DNA of 64,000 nt from Eledone cirrhosa (Eukaryota): the NCBI GenBank assembly GCA_964016885.1, contig OZ024746.1, positions 2,604,001-2,668,000 of the forward strand. Reading direction: 5' to 3'. The notes under the pieces are model-generated. The model was not told where the DNA came from. It ran no database searches and was given only the letters and a program-made list of their open reading frames with translations. Below, one piece after another: positions 13,194-25,029 of the stretch; positions within the stretch are counted from its first letter, which is position 1; each line of letters opens with the position of its first letter. The translations under genes were made by a program, and so were the position numbers.

Positions 13194-13636
13194 AGCAGTT
13201 AATACACGTCTTTACCGTCTCATCAAAATTTGCCTGTTCTTATGTTAGAAATGAATTATTGACTTGATTTTCTCAATTTTTCCTCTCTTTACGTTGCCTC
13301 ACCATTCATGTTTGTTTACCTGTCTCTCTTTCTCCACCCAACTCTTTTATCCCAATAACTTATTTTAGTTATTGTATCGCCCTAGCTGGAGGTATATGGT
13401 CTGTAATGATGGCTAGTAGACAACTGATGACGGACATTCCTAACTTCTATTTCTAATTCTTCATTTATCATACTTAATTGCAACAACACAGCTCCCCATT
13501 TTTATCTCGTGTATGTGTGTGATATGTATTATATTATGACATTTACATACACATTCACATTCACATACACATACATATACATGTCTAAACCCATGCTAGT
13601 GTGGAAGATAGACGTTAATGATGACGACACGCACAT

Positions 13637-13708
<72 letters not shown>

Positions 13709-15034
13709 AAAGCTTAATAACTTCCTAATCTGGATTGTTTTTCCATGTTATTGTTGAATTTGCAAGAATTTCAGCTGCCACAAAATTTTCCATCAGCTAT
13801 CCTACTTTATCAAGTAGTTTAATTTATCTGTTGGAACCATCTGGACAATATATGGGCTTAAAACCTTGTCTATTAGCTTGTCATGGCATGAGCTTTACTT
13901 TCATCTTTACATCTAGTTTGGTGTGCACTGTTAAAATTCTTCATCAAACACAACTGCCATTCACATTGCTGGACAATTCTGGATGGATAAACACAATCGC
14001 TTTTCTTTTTTTTCTATGTAAAATTTAAAATCAATTTATTTCTTCTCTTTTTTTACTGTATATTTATTTCTTTTCTTTCTCTCTTTCTCCTCTATCTCCC
14101 CCTCTTCTCCCCTTCTATCCCCCCCCCCCTGAAATCAGCTCTCATCTCTTCTTTCTGTCTTTAGTTTTCCTCTTCCACAAGTGGCTTTCCACATGTGGCT
14201 TTCCACATAGATCACTTGGCACTTCTTTACCAAAATGTTTTCCGTCTATAACACAATCTTCTCTTTGATTCACTATATCTGTTTCCTCTTCTACAGTTTT
14301 TTCTCTCAGCTCATCATTTGTGCTTCATCATTCACTTAACATTACACACACACACACACCTGCACACATAAACATGCACACATACAAAGAAAAACACGTG
14401 TGTGTGTATGTGGGAAGGGGTGTATGTATGTGGGGGATGTGTGTATGTGTGGGGCGTGTGTATGTGTGGGGGTGGGTGTGAGTTAATATATTGGGAAAAA
14501 TAGACAAGTTGTAATTAGAAAAACTTATTTAATTTTACAGTTTAACACAGGTTTCATTATTGAGTTACATGATGGTCTACGGTGGCTGTTTAGAGATATT
14601 AATATTAATCTGATAAGGTACTTCTTCATTAACAGTTGCATAATCACTTCACAAGCTGGAATTTTATCAACGAAAGGTGAGAACTACCTTATCTTCTTTA
14701 TACATAACCCATGCTAGCGTGGAAGATGGACGTTAAATGATGATTTTATATATATATATATATATATATATACAGGTAAAATTCCATTAAACAAATAACA
14801 TTTTGTTTCAATCCCCAGCCACAAGCTCAATGCATTTCAGTCAATCTCATTATAAATAATTTTTTGTTACAACAAATTTTTTTTTATGCTTCATGAATTT
14901 CGTTATAATGGAATTTCATTGTATACATATATACATATATAAATTTGTTGTTTACTGACTACCTTACTTACTGTGCTCACCTTCGATTGAACCTGGACTC
15001 ACACACATACATATATATAATTATGATAATACTA

Positions 15035-15840
15035 ATGAAATTATTGCGAACAGTGCTCAGGTGCACTACAACTCATCAAAGGTGCATGTATAGTACATAG
15101 AATAATATACCAATGTCAGGGAAGTGAATAGTGTGTGAGTCATGATATACATGTGCGTGTGTATGGAGGGTGAATATTAGGTGTAGTGTTGGGGAATTTC
15201 AGGAAGCATGGAGGTTTTAAAGGATGCAGTGTCTCGACAGTTAACAACTGATGCAGGTAGTTTGTTCCATGGAGGTTTTAAAGGATGTAGTGTCTTGACA
15301 GTTAACAACTGATGCAGGTAGTTTGTTCCATGGAGGTTTTAAAGGATGCAGTGTCTCGACAGTTAACTGATGCAGGTAGTTTGTTCCAAGTAGTTTGTTC
15401 CAAGTAGTTTGTTCCAAGGAGGTTTTAAAGGATGCAGTGTCTTGGCAGCTAGCAACTGATGCAGGTTGGAGGTTTTAAAGGATGCAGTGTCTTGGCAGCT
15501 AGCAACTGATGCAGGTAGTTTGTTCCATGCTTCAACATGAAAAAATGTTTCCGAAAGTCATAGGAGCTGTGCTGTTTTCTGACTTTGTTGGCATGTCCAC
15601 GTGTGTTAGACACATGGAGATCAAAAAGGTACTCAGGGTTGTTATTGGCAAGATAGTTAATAACTTTGTGGGTGTTTACCAAGTCAGTTGCAGAGCTTCA
15701 ATGTATCCATGGCCAGGGAAGCAAGGCGTTCAGAGTATGGGAGATGTCTGATGGAGGGTATTCACTTGATTGCATATCACTGAACAGTTTCCAGGAAGTC
15801 AATGTTCTGAGCAAGATAGGGGTTCCAGACTGGTGATGCA
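15035..15840 (-). mobile_element. CR1-clade LINE 3' fragment with internal ~61-bp tandem expansion
   Basis: Minus strand SNTRGHANKVRKQHSSYDFRKHFF...WNKLPASVV...SFKTSM is the typical CR1 ORF2 C-terminus. The unit ggaggttttaaaggatgcagtgtc...ttgttccat repeats about 5 times at 15210-15528. Confidence 0.85.
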
Positions 15841-15938
15841 AATTCTCTCTCTGCAAATTCTCTCTCTCTCTATATATATATATAAGCAAATTATAAACGT
15901 AAACATGTAAGTATGTTTTTGAAACGGTGCGCGAGTTT

Positions 15939-16158
15939 GAAATTAGAAATTATAAGCTTTCACCGTATTTTAGACTAAAGAAATTTCTAGCCTGATAGTG
16001 GGGTTTATAACCCTCGGAGAAATGGAAAAAGATGAGTGTTGCCGTACATGTATGGCAACACTCATCTTTTTCCATTTCTCCGAGGATTATAAACCCCACT
16101 ATCAGGCTAGAAATTTCTTTAGTCTAAGATACAGTGAAAGCTTATAATTTCTAATTTC
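15939..16158. repeat. Spacer-less palindrome, 110-bp arms
   Basis: gaaattagaaattataagc...gccgtaca|tgtatggc...gcttataatttctaatttc, centred at 16048/16049 with few mismatches. Confidence 0.95.
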
Positions 16159-17487
16159 TAATATATATATATACTACTCTCACTCTTTGCACAACAGCTC
16201 TGTTGAGATCATGTTGAAAACGGGATATGCTTCTTACTGTTTTTAGCATATAAATGATTAGATTTGACTGGAAGTCCCCACCATTAAAATAAATAAACCT
16301 ATAATTTTACTCCTTAGTATTTTCATTTTAACTATCTAACATTTTCAAAATGAGACCCATGGATATTGCTCACTACCCATTTTATACTGGGACCTACATA
16401 GATTACACCATGAAATTTTTAAGGTAGGACTCGTATATTTTACTCCATACCATTTTTTAGATTGGGAAATACATTTTAAGTGTTTAATCTCTGAACAGTT
16501 GAGTCTTAGTAAAATTGAAATGGTCACTGTTAAAAATTTTAGATTGTGTTTGATTAGTTACCTCCTTTCCATGTCTATTAAGATAGAAATCAAACATCTA
16601 TGTGTCTATTCTGAAGTAGAGATTGATCTGTTATCACTAATGGAATTGTTCGGGTGTCAAACTTGGCAGAGCCCATTCCTCTCCAGGTCTGAACACAGCT
16701 AATTTTTTTTTCTGAGAAATAGAGGAAAATTTGACCCTAATTCTAGACTGGTACTTTATCAACTTTGAAAGGTGAAGTTGACCTCATCAAGATTTGAACT
16801 CAGAGTGCAGAGAACCAGAACCAATGCCAGATTAAATCCCTTCAGGTTATATGATGATACCCACAATATCGCCATTCATTATATTCTAGTATCATACAAG
16901 AAGCTCGTGTACTAGATGTTGGCTATATAAATATTTCCAAACTAGAGATATGAATTGTTTACATTAACATATGTTTTAATAACTTATTTTTTTCTTAAAA
17001 CCTCATTCTATCGGTTCATTTTGAGGATGCCTAAGGTTTTATAAACCCAATTTTATTAGATGTTCTAGGTTAATATAATAATGCACATGTGCCAGCCTGC
17101 ACACGTGCAAGCCTGTACATGTGCAAACATGCAGACATGTCTATATGCATGCATTTACACACATCTTTGTTCGATCTTTTTTCTCCTTCATAATCAGAAA
17201 TTCTGATAAATGGGATTGGAAGTAATTAATAAACATGCTCTGATATTATTTTTATTTCTTAAAGCAAAACACTTTTAAGGACTGTAAAAAATATATATTT
17301 CTGACATTTGTTTTCTATTTATTCCTAAGTCATAACAAAATCTCTTAAGTTGGGATGAAAATACCTTACTTTCAAGGAATTATCATATCTGAGCATGCTT
17401 AAAATGTATGCAGATATAATTTTGGGATATCCTTATGAGATTATGTTCCTTTTTTTTTAAATTATATATTTCATAATTTTAGAAATT

Positions 17488-17655
17488 ACTGTATTTCCTG
17501 GTGTCGAAGAGGCTACTTTTTTCCTAAAATAAGTCTCAAAAATCTACCATGAGCCCTGGAGGCCGAAGGTTGTTTATCTTTTTTCAAATTTTTGGTTCTC
17601 AAAATTAGGGTGCGCCCTCAAGGATGATGTGTTTTCGGCGCTGGGAAGTATGGTA
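17488..17655. mobile_element. Degenerate TcMar-type MITE (TACCGTATTT-like ends)
   Basis: Ends tactgtatttcctggtgtcgaaga and ttttcggcgctgggaagtatggta form an imperfect TIR. Confidence 0.55.
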
Positions 17656-18128
17656 TGTACTCTTGGGTCTTGAATTATTCCCCTGCCCCACTTATTAATT
17701 TTTCAGATTTTTTCTAACCCTACCACTGCTTATTAAATTTTGCTAATCTATCTTTGGTGAAATTTTATTTTAAGTAGTAGCATTCCTGCAACAATTTTCT
17801 TTATACATTAAAAACATACATGACAAAAAAAGGTTCATTACTAGAAATCTCATGTTGTAAAATAAATAGCATGGGTTGGGGTCTCATGTGTAAACTAAAC
17901 GACTAGTTCATACACCAAGCAAGTTGTTGGATAATATACTTTCAAGTCTCCCAATAATTGTCCACCACCTACCCAACCTAGCTTACTAATGTTTCAGACC
18001 CCCCCCCCGCCCCTCTTACCCCCCCTCCCCCACTCCTGCTTATTAAATTTTGCTAATTTATCTCTGGTGGCGTAATTTTATTTTAAGTGCTAGCACCCCT
18101 GCAACAATTTTTCTTAGACATTAAAAAT

Positions 18129-18737
18129 CACCAGCAGAAAAACCAACTTTCGGGTGGTTTTCTGCTAGCATGTGTAGTGTGTATATTGATATTATACACA
18201 AATATATATACATGTAGATATGATACATGTGTAGTGTGTATATTGATATTATACGCAGGTATATATACATGTAGATATGATACATCAAATAAAATCGTAA
18301 TTGACAATATCCACAGAAATTGAACGAAGACTGTGTTACACTGTCTTATGTAATCAGTAACGTAATCCATGATACATTGGAAAAGACGATATTATATATA
18401 AACTGCATTAGGAGAAAATTAGTGACAGAAAATTAGTATGTTTATTTAAGTGATCGCCACTGGAAGTGTTGATATCACACACTCTCTCTTTCTATATATA
18501 TGGTAGTTGAAGTGATGGTGGTAGTGGCAACGATATACCGGAAATGCAACTTTGAAAAGAAGTCAATTTTAAATTATTTATTTTTACGAAATTATTTTTG
18601 TTTACGAAATTGAGGTAGATAAAATATGTAATATTCATTCATTATTTATTCAAAGTAATCCAACTTATTTTACTAACGTGATAAAAAAAAATAAACCGTA
18701 CGCAGTCCCGCAGACCTTCCTTTATTATAGTTTAGAT
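18129..18737 (+). mobile_element. Non-autonomous Helitron/Helentron-like element
   Basis: Absent from the paralogous empty site at ~17810. Starts with hairpin GCAGAAAAACCA-ACTTTCGGG-TGGTTTTCTGC, ends CTTTATTATAGTTTAGAT, has an internal ~56-bp tandem repeat, sits between T residues and shows no long TSD. Confidence 0.6.
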
Positions 18738-18807
18738 TATACATCACAAAAATACATTACTAGAAATCCCATATGTTATAAAATAAATAGGATAGGTTGG
18801 GGTCTGA

Positions 18808-18988
18808 TGGCAGTATCGGTAGAGGATCGGACGCCATGCTTTGACGTATAGAGTTACGGCCCTTGCCATTCTGAGTTCAAATCCCGCCGAGGTTAACTTT
18901 GCCTTTCATCCTTACGGGGTCGATAAAATAAAGTACCAGTAATGCACTGGGTAATTGCTGGCCTTGTGCCTAATGTAGAAACAATTAT
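18808..18988 (+). mobile_element. tRNA-derived SINE (family S1)
   Basis: TGGCAGTATCGG...GAGTTCAAATCCCG...GCCTTTCATCCTTACGGGGTCGATAAAATAAAGTACCAG...GTAGAAACAATTAT. It interrupts the duplicated segment. Confidence 0.9.
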
Positions 18989-19460
18989 GTAAACTAAACG
19001 ACTAACTCTGGTTTTTAAAAAATTCAACAGAGACAACAGAAAAATTACTGATTTCCAACACCCACACACTTATCCCCTCCCCCCTGCCTATTATTTGGAA
19101 CCCAGGAGTATATTTATATAATGGCAGTAAGTATATTAGAGAAATTAACTCAGGAAAGTAGATCATTTTATTTATTCAGTTTACAATAATATTTAACGTT
19201 GATTTGAAATAATGTTGGTATAATTCCTGAAGATAACAAGTGGGTCTTATAATCAAAAGAAAGAAATGTTCTTGTTGTTCTCTCCGCTTCCTCAGTCAGA
19301 TTGCTTCTATATCTCGAGATATTTGCAATCAATCATGTGGTAGAATTAATTTGTTTTAAAAAACAAATTACATAACACATCACAATATAAAAGTTAATTC
19401 CATATAACATACAATCAGCTATGTGTGTATGTGTGTGTATGTATGTATGTATGTATGTGT

Positions 19461-19715
19461 GGGGACATAGAAATAGTCGGGCTGGACACCCGATCACGTG
19501 GTTAAACCACTGGGAGTGAAGGACCCCTAGCCTTTGTCAGGGCATTCTTCTAGGAGAAGGCAACTCAGGAAACTGGGATAACTCCGATATAAAACCTTTA
19601 AAACATATCTTCACACACAGGCATTGCACGATAGAATTAATTAATAATTATTAATAATGGTATATCGTGCAATGGCCATACTCGATAACGAGGGGGCAAC
19701 CATCATGTATGTATG
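19461..19715 (+). mobile_element. Short bipartite RTE-derived non-autonomous retroposon
   Basis: Shares gacccctagcctttgtca...ctaggagaagg, cacaggcattgc and the 3' stem-loop ggccatactcga.aacgag...acc with 42284-42890. Flanked by (GTAT)n. Confidence 0.7.
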
Positions 19716-20103
19716 TGTGTGCGTTTGAGATGTCATATATCGTTATTACTTTGCATACATTCTCGATGCAGTCATAGATTAGATGGGTCTTCATTGTCTT
19801 GAAACTCTGAGTCCATATTTGGAGTTACTGCCCTCCTAGATGGGTTGGGCACCACATCGTGCTGTTATAATCTAAATGTTGGTATGATTTCTATTTGATG
19901 TGGTGCCCTTCCTTGTGCCAACCACTTTACAGAATGTATTGGGTGCACCTCATATATCATCATCATCATCACAGTTTAACGTCCATTTCCTATGCTAGCA
20001 TGGGTTAGACAAGCTGTCCCATTGTAAGACAAGCCAGGTTGAATGACTGTGTTTTGCTCATAAAGAACTGATTATATATATATATCGTATATATATATAT
20101 AGA

Positions 20104-20295
20104 AACAAAATTCAATATAGAAATCGCTTCTACTGGACTAGAACTGTTTCATCCAAAGGAATTCATCCGGAAAAGCCCCTGATAATTTTCTTCGAATGAA
20201 ACAGTTCTAATCCTGTAGAAGCCATTTCTATATTAAATTTTGTTGTATACACTCTACTAATATATTGAGTTACCCCCAATTGAACATGGGACTCG
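20104..20295. repeat. Foldback inverted repeat of degenerate hammerhead-bearing element (same family as 47104)
   Basis: Right arm CTGATAATTTTCTTCGAATGAAACAGTTCTAATCCTGTAGAAGC. Left arm on the minus strand reads CGGATGAATTCCTTTGGATGAAACAGTTCTAGTCCAGTAGAAGC. Confidence 0.8.
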
Positions 20296-20502
20296 TATAT
20301 ATATATTTATATATATATATATACATACATATATATATATACATACATATATATATATATATATATCATCATCATCATCATCATCATCAACGTTTAACGT
20401 CCGTGTTCCACGCTTATATACATACATACATATATATATATATACATACATATATATATATATACATACATATATATATATATATACATACATATATATA
20501 TA

Positions 20503-21331
20503 CATTATGAAGAGAGAAGAAACATTTAGATATAATTAGTAATAAAATGTATCATACCTAAACTGTTCCTAAATTCCTCGACTACGTAGTTTCGTGGCAT
20601 AAACAAAAACAATATATCAAAGATATAGAGTCCTTGCGAGGTCTGCCGACTTATCAAGAGGATACCTCATTTTACTAGTCTCAAGAACGCGTCTACACGA
20701 CGTGAGAAAGAATCCCAAAAGGCGGAGGGGGAGACAGTCACGCGATATAACGGTCGAGAAACAGAGCTAAGCCTCTTATAACCACGAAGAAAATACCACG
20801 GAGGCGGAGGGGGTATTCATATCGAGGCCGTAGAAGAGGTAGTGAAGAAGGCGAGAAGTATGAGTAATGGAAGCTTTCCAGTTGTCCCCACACTTCAAAG
20901 ATTGCTCGACCAGAGGGAGTTATTAATATATTTAGAAACACACAGATACATGCGGACACACACATATACATGAATGCATCCGCACCCAACTGTGAGTTAA
21001 GGGTGCCAACTTCACCGATGTTGCTCAATGAATGACTGGGACAGACCAATTCAGTTTGAACCAGACTGAACCAGTATCAGAGTTAAAAATACATTATGAA
21101 GAGAGAAGAAACATTTAGATATAATTAGTAATTATATCTAAATGTTTCTTCTCTCTTCATAATGTATTTTTAACTCTGATACTGGTTCAGTCTGGTTCAA
21201 ACTGAATTGGTCTGTCCCGGTCATTCATTGAGCAACATCGGTGAAGTTGGCACCCTTAACTCACAGTTGGGTGCGGATGCATTCATGTATATATGTGTGT
21301 GTCCGCATGTATCTGTGTGTTTCTAAATATA
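20503..21331 (-). mobile_element. Penelope-like / retrozyme-like insertion: ~588-bp unit with partial tandem and inverted duplicate
   Basis: acattatgaagagagaagaaacatttagatataattagtaat at 20503 recurs at 21091. 20927-21127 is mirrored by 21129-21331. Contains a hammerhead motif, is CpG-rich and is flanked by TA microsatellite. Confidence 0.7.
20575..20662 (-). ncRNA. Type I hammerhead ribozyme motif (U3-A8 core variant)
   Basis: Minus strand reads TCCTC-TTGATAA-GT(C)GGCA...TGCCAC-GAAAC-TACGTA-GTC-GAGGA: stem I TCCTC/GAGGA, stem II GT.GGCA/TGCCAC, palindromic stem III ACTACGTAGT and a GUC cleavage triplet. Confidence 0.75.
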
Positions 21332-21352
21332 CATATATATATATATATATAT

Positions 21353-21391
<39 letters not shown>

Positions 21392-21540
21392 CATATATAT
21401 ATATACATACATATATATATATATATACACATACATACATATATATATATATATACACATACATACATATATATATATATATATACACATACATACATAT
21501 ATATATATATATATACACATACATATATATATATATATAT

Positions 21541-21600
<60 letters not shown>

Positions 21601-21604
<4 letters not shown>

Positions 21605-21822
21605 TCATCATTACCGTTTTACGTCCGTTCTTCCACGCTAGCATGGATTAGACGGGTTGTCCTGTTGTGGGCAGTGTCCGGTCAGCTGACCTTGTCTTGC
21701 TCATACAGGAACTGATTCTGGCTTGATTTCTACAGCTGGATGCCCTTCCTAACACCAACCTCATTTACAGTGAGTGCTGGATGCTTTTTTTGCCGTGGCA
21801 CCTCCACGACCACTTTGCAGTG
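21601..21822 (-). mobile_element. RTE-type 3' end / SINE tail module
   Basis: (CAT)n tail. Contains the reverse complement of ggaggtgccacggcaaaaaagc...ggttggtgttaggaagggcatccagctgtagaaatca found in the SINE at 45452. Confidence 0.7.
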
Positions 21823-22789
21823 GGAGGGGTGGGGGCATATTGTCTATATGCTTTAGCTTCAGCTTGTACCCATGGGGGGTCATATATATATATAATCTCC
21901 CAAGCCAATATTTACTGAAACGCTATTTTCATGTTATTTGCAAATTTTGTTTTTCTATTTTTACTATAGAGCAGAATACCTGCCTCATGTTTCAATTCTG
22001 TTGTCAGTATTCTGAGTATTTCATCTATGAAACTATGTGAACTTGGGAAAACACTGGCCAAGTAACACTAAATGAAAATAAATTAGAAAGGAGAGATAAC
22101 TGCAGATTCATGAAAATCACTATTTGTGTCCACATTGCTGACTAAATTTCATCTCTCCTTTCTGTCAATTAGCAAGACATAAAACTTTTAGCCAAATGTT
22201 GGCAAGAGCTGAGTAGATGTCTGTTACAAGTAAGGCAGCTAATCGTAAACACTAATTATTGATTATATACACATATATCCATAGGATATATGCTTCAGTA
22301 TTTCTAAACATTGGGAAAGAATGTGTTATTTTGATAACCATATTTTCAGAAACACAATACTATCTCTTATTTTCTTAGCTTTGTTTGTTTTTTTATACTC
22401 CTCTTTAATTACTCTGTTTTTATACTATTTCAAATCAAAATTTAATTTCTGAATTGGGTTTTTATTATTTTTATATTCACAATACTACTTGTTACTCCCC
22501 ACCCTGTGACTCCGATGTCTACAAATTCCAAATATTTGTATCAATTATTAGAATCAGTGTTTCACAATCAGGTGTCTTACCTAGCATCACTTTCTCAACC
22601 ACAAAATAGGAGTAGTGTCTGTTTTCCAGTTGGGTTGGTTGAAATAAGTGGAGTAATAAGTTTTATTATATTACCTAGAAGTATATCATGAGTAATGGAA
22701 GGAGGCAGGAGTCTGAATTAAGTGCAGGAGCTGGTGCAGTAATGTGCCAGCTTCAGCATTCAGTCATCAGGAGGGAGGTAGGTGTAAAA

Positions 22790-23262
22790 GTGAGAACTTG
22801 CTATCTTCAATTTGGTATTTGTGCCAACCCTTACCTATGGCCATGAATCTTGGGTAATAAGAATACAATCGTGGATACAAGTGGCTGAAATGGGATTCCT
22901 CCAAAGGGTCTTTGGAGTAACATTACTCGATAGAGTACGTAGCTTGGAGATCAGAGAGTCACTCTAGGTAGAGTCGCTACTTCTTCGAATTGAGAGATCA
23001 CAGCTCTGATACTATAGAGGACATGTGGGTAGAATGTCCCAGGAAAGAATCACTGGACAGATTTTATGGGCAAAACTGACTGGCAGGAGACCCAGGGGTA
23101 GACTTCTAGCAAGATGGTTTGATGACATCCATGAGCTTTGTTGGTCACACTTAGGGATCCAGCCAGATCAGTTGGAGATTGTTGCTTCTGACAGAACCCA
23201 CTGAAAGGAGTGTTTGAGGACTTTTCCCCATGATCCTTTTAGGAATAAGTAGATGAAGAAGT
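22790..23262 (+). mobile_element. Degenerate RTE-clade (Expander/Rex3-like) LINE 3' fragment
   Basis: AIFNLVFVPTLTYGHESWV...SWIQVAEMGFLQRVFGVTLLDRVRSLEIRESL*VESLLLRIERSQL...TGRRPRGRL, with a GAAGAAG tail. Confidence 0.8.
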
Positions 23263-24081
23263 AGTATATCACAATACTTGCTCTGGCAAGAATTTGAACT
23301 ACCAACTTTTTCCTCTGAGCCATTGGAGAATCCTTGTTCATTTGATTATTTCATGAGGGTTAAGTATCTATGATCTCAAAACATGGAAAAAATGTTGGTT
23401 TTAATTATTCTTAAATTGATTAAAATGATTGTTTTTAAGAAAAAAAAACCAAAAAAAAAAACAGTACCAAACAAATGTAGTTGTTTGAAAGGAGGACATG
23501 CCTACTTGATTCATTAATTTTAATGACTATAATATTCTATCTCTTATATAATTTAAATGTTTGACATTATATATTTGACCTTTATGGCATCAACAAAACA
23601 GCTTCTTGCACAAAATAATATTTATTTCCAGTAGAAATACCATTGAAGTAAATAATGGAAATGTTTACAAAAGAAATAAGCAGCTTGTAGTATTATGTTC
23701 AATGAGTTGTAGTTTAGCTTTTGTAAACTGGGAGCATCTAACAACTAAAGTCGGTTTTGTTTCCATAGAAACAATTTTGGTAGATTTGCTTAATTTCACC
23801 ATAACCTGAAATAATATCTATTATCATTTAAGATATAAAAAATGATAGAGGGTGGAAACAGCATAAATTTAAATCTCCTAAAAAATAGTATCTTATCTTC
23901 TCTCTTAGAAGATTTGGTTAGAATTCTGAATGAAAAAAAATGTCCTTTATTCTAATTTACATATGTTGACAGTGAATGTCTAAGTGTTTATACAGTCTTT
24001 TATAGCAGCAGTTTTAGTTTAATCCAGAATTTTAGTTTAGCATTGCGTTTAACCCATGCTAGCATAGAAAATGGGCATTAA

Positions 24082-24302
24082 CCCTTTAGCATTTATATTA
24101 CTCTATATTTACTATTGTATTTTCACAGAAAAGTCTTTATTTCACATACATATCTTACATAATATTGAATCTATGAAATTTTGATATTATTTATTTTGAG
24201 AACAATACCTTAATGTCGGTATGAGTGGCCAGTTACAGCCAGTTTGAAGAGAAAGAGGTGAGAGAATTCTGGTCAGATATGGCCGGTTTAAATGCTAAAG
24301 GG
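24082..24302. mobile_element. piggyBac-type MITE (family P1)
   Basis: TIR CCCTTTAGCATTTA / TAAATGCTAAAGGG with TTAA TSD. It splits a retroposon tail (gggcatTAA...TTAAacgatgatgat). Confidence 0.9.
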
Positions 24303-24802
24303 TTAAACGATGATGATGTTGGTAAATGTTTATATATTTAGATATTCACATTAATGTGCAGGTAAATGTTTATATATTTAGATATTCACATTAATACTTT
24401 TAATATTGACCTTTTTAGGTTCAGTTGATATTGATTTCTGGCACAGGCACAAGGCCATACTTTGTTTTTGCTGTGGTGAAGTTTTAGTCAATTTTACAAA
24501 CCCCAATACTTAATTAGTATTTTATTTTGTTATAAAATAGCTGTGCCAGTTTAAAAGTTTGCAGTTGAAAGGTAGTCATGCATCATGAAACTGATATGTT
24601 CCATCAGTATGAATTCAATTCTTCATTATAGCTATTTTACTTTAATTACATGGTTATTATCCTTAATTAGATCATGACTATTTTAATACTATTCTCCTTC
24701 TCCCCCATGACATCCTTAGAGCTAATTACTTATTAGATGTAGCCATTTGATATTTCACTCTGCACGTAAGCTTGTGTAAGGAAGGATTTCCATTTTACTT
24801 AA

Positions 24803-25028
24803 CCCTTCCATAACCACACTTCTAATGATATACACTCTAGTTCAACCAATTAATGAAGAATTTTAAGAGATTGACTAAAATTATTAATTATTTCATTACT
24901 ATAATAGTAACTTAATGTAAGGTTCTTATATAAAATTGTTGGAAGATTTTAATTTAAATTGGAAACCTTTAAAATGAGTGGTTTTATTTCATTAGAACCA
25001 GAGCTGGTTTTGGCCAAGTTGGTAACTA
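24803..25028. mobile_element. piggyBac-type MITE (family P2), right end lost at RTE junction
   Basis: Starts TTAA|CCCTTCCATAACC and ends ...ggttttggccaagttggtaacta, the reverse complement of the 48506 end. Confidence 0.55.
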
Positions 25029-25029
25029 G

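Larger units (their letters stand above)
17660..19108. mobile_element. Old TA-flanked DNA transposon remnant with internal duplication and two nested insertions
   Basis: Ends ta|ctcttgggtcttgaat and atttggaacccaggag|ta form an imperfect TIR. An internal ~190-bp segment is present twice (17723-17910, and 18034-19008 with interruptions). Confidence 0.55.
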
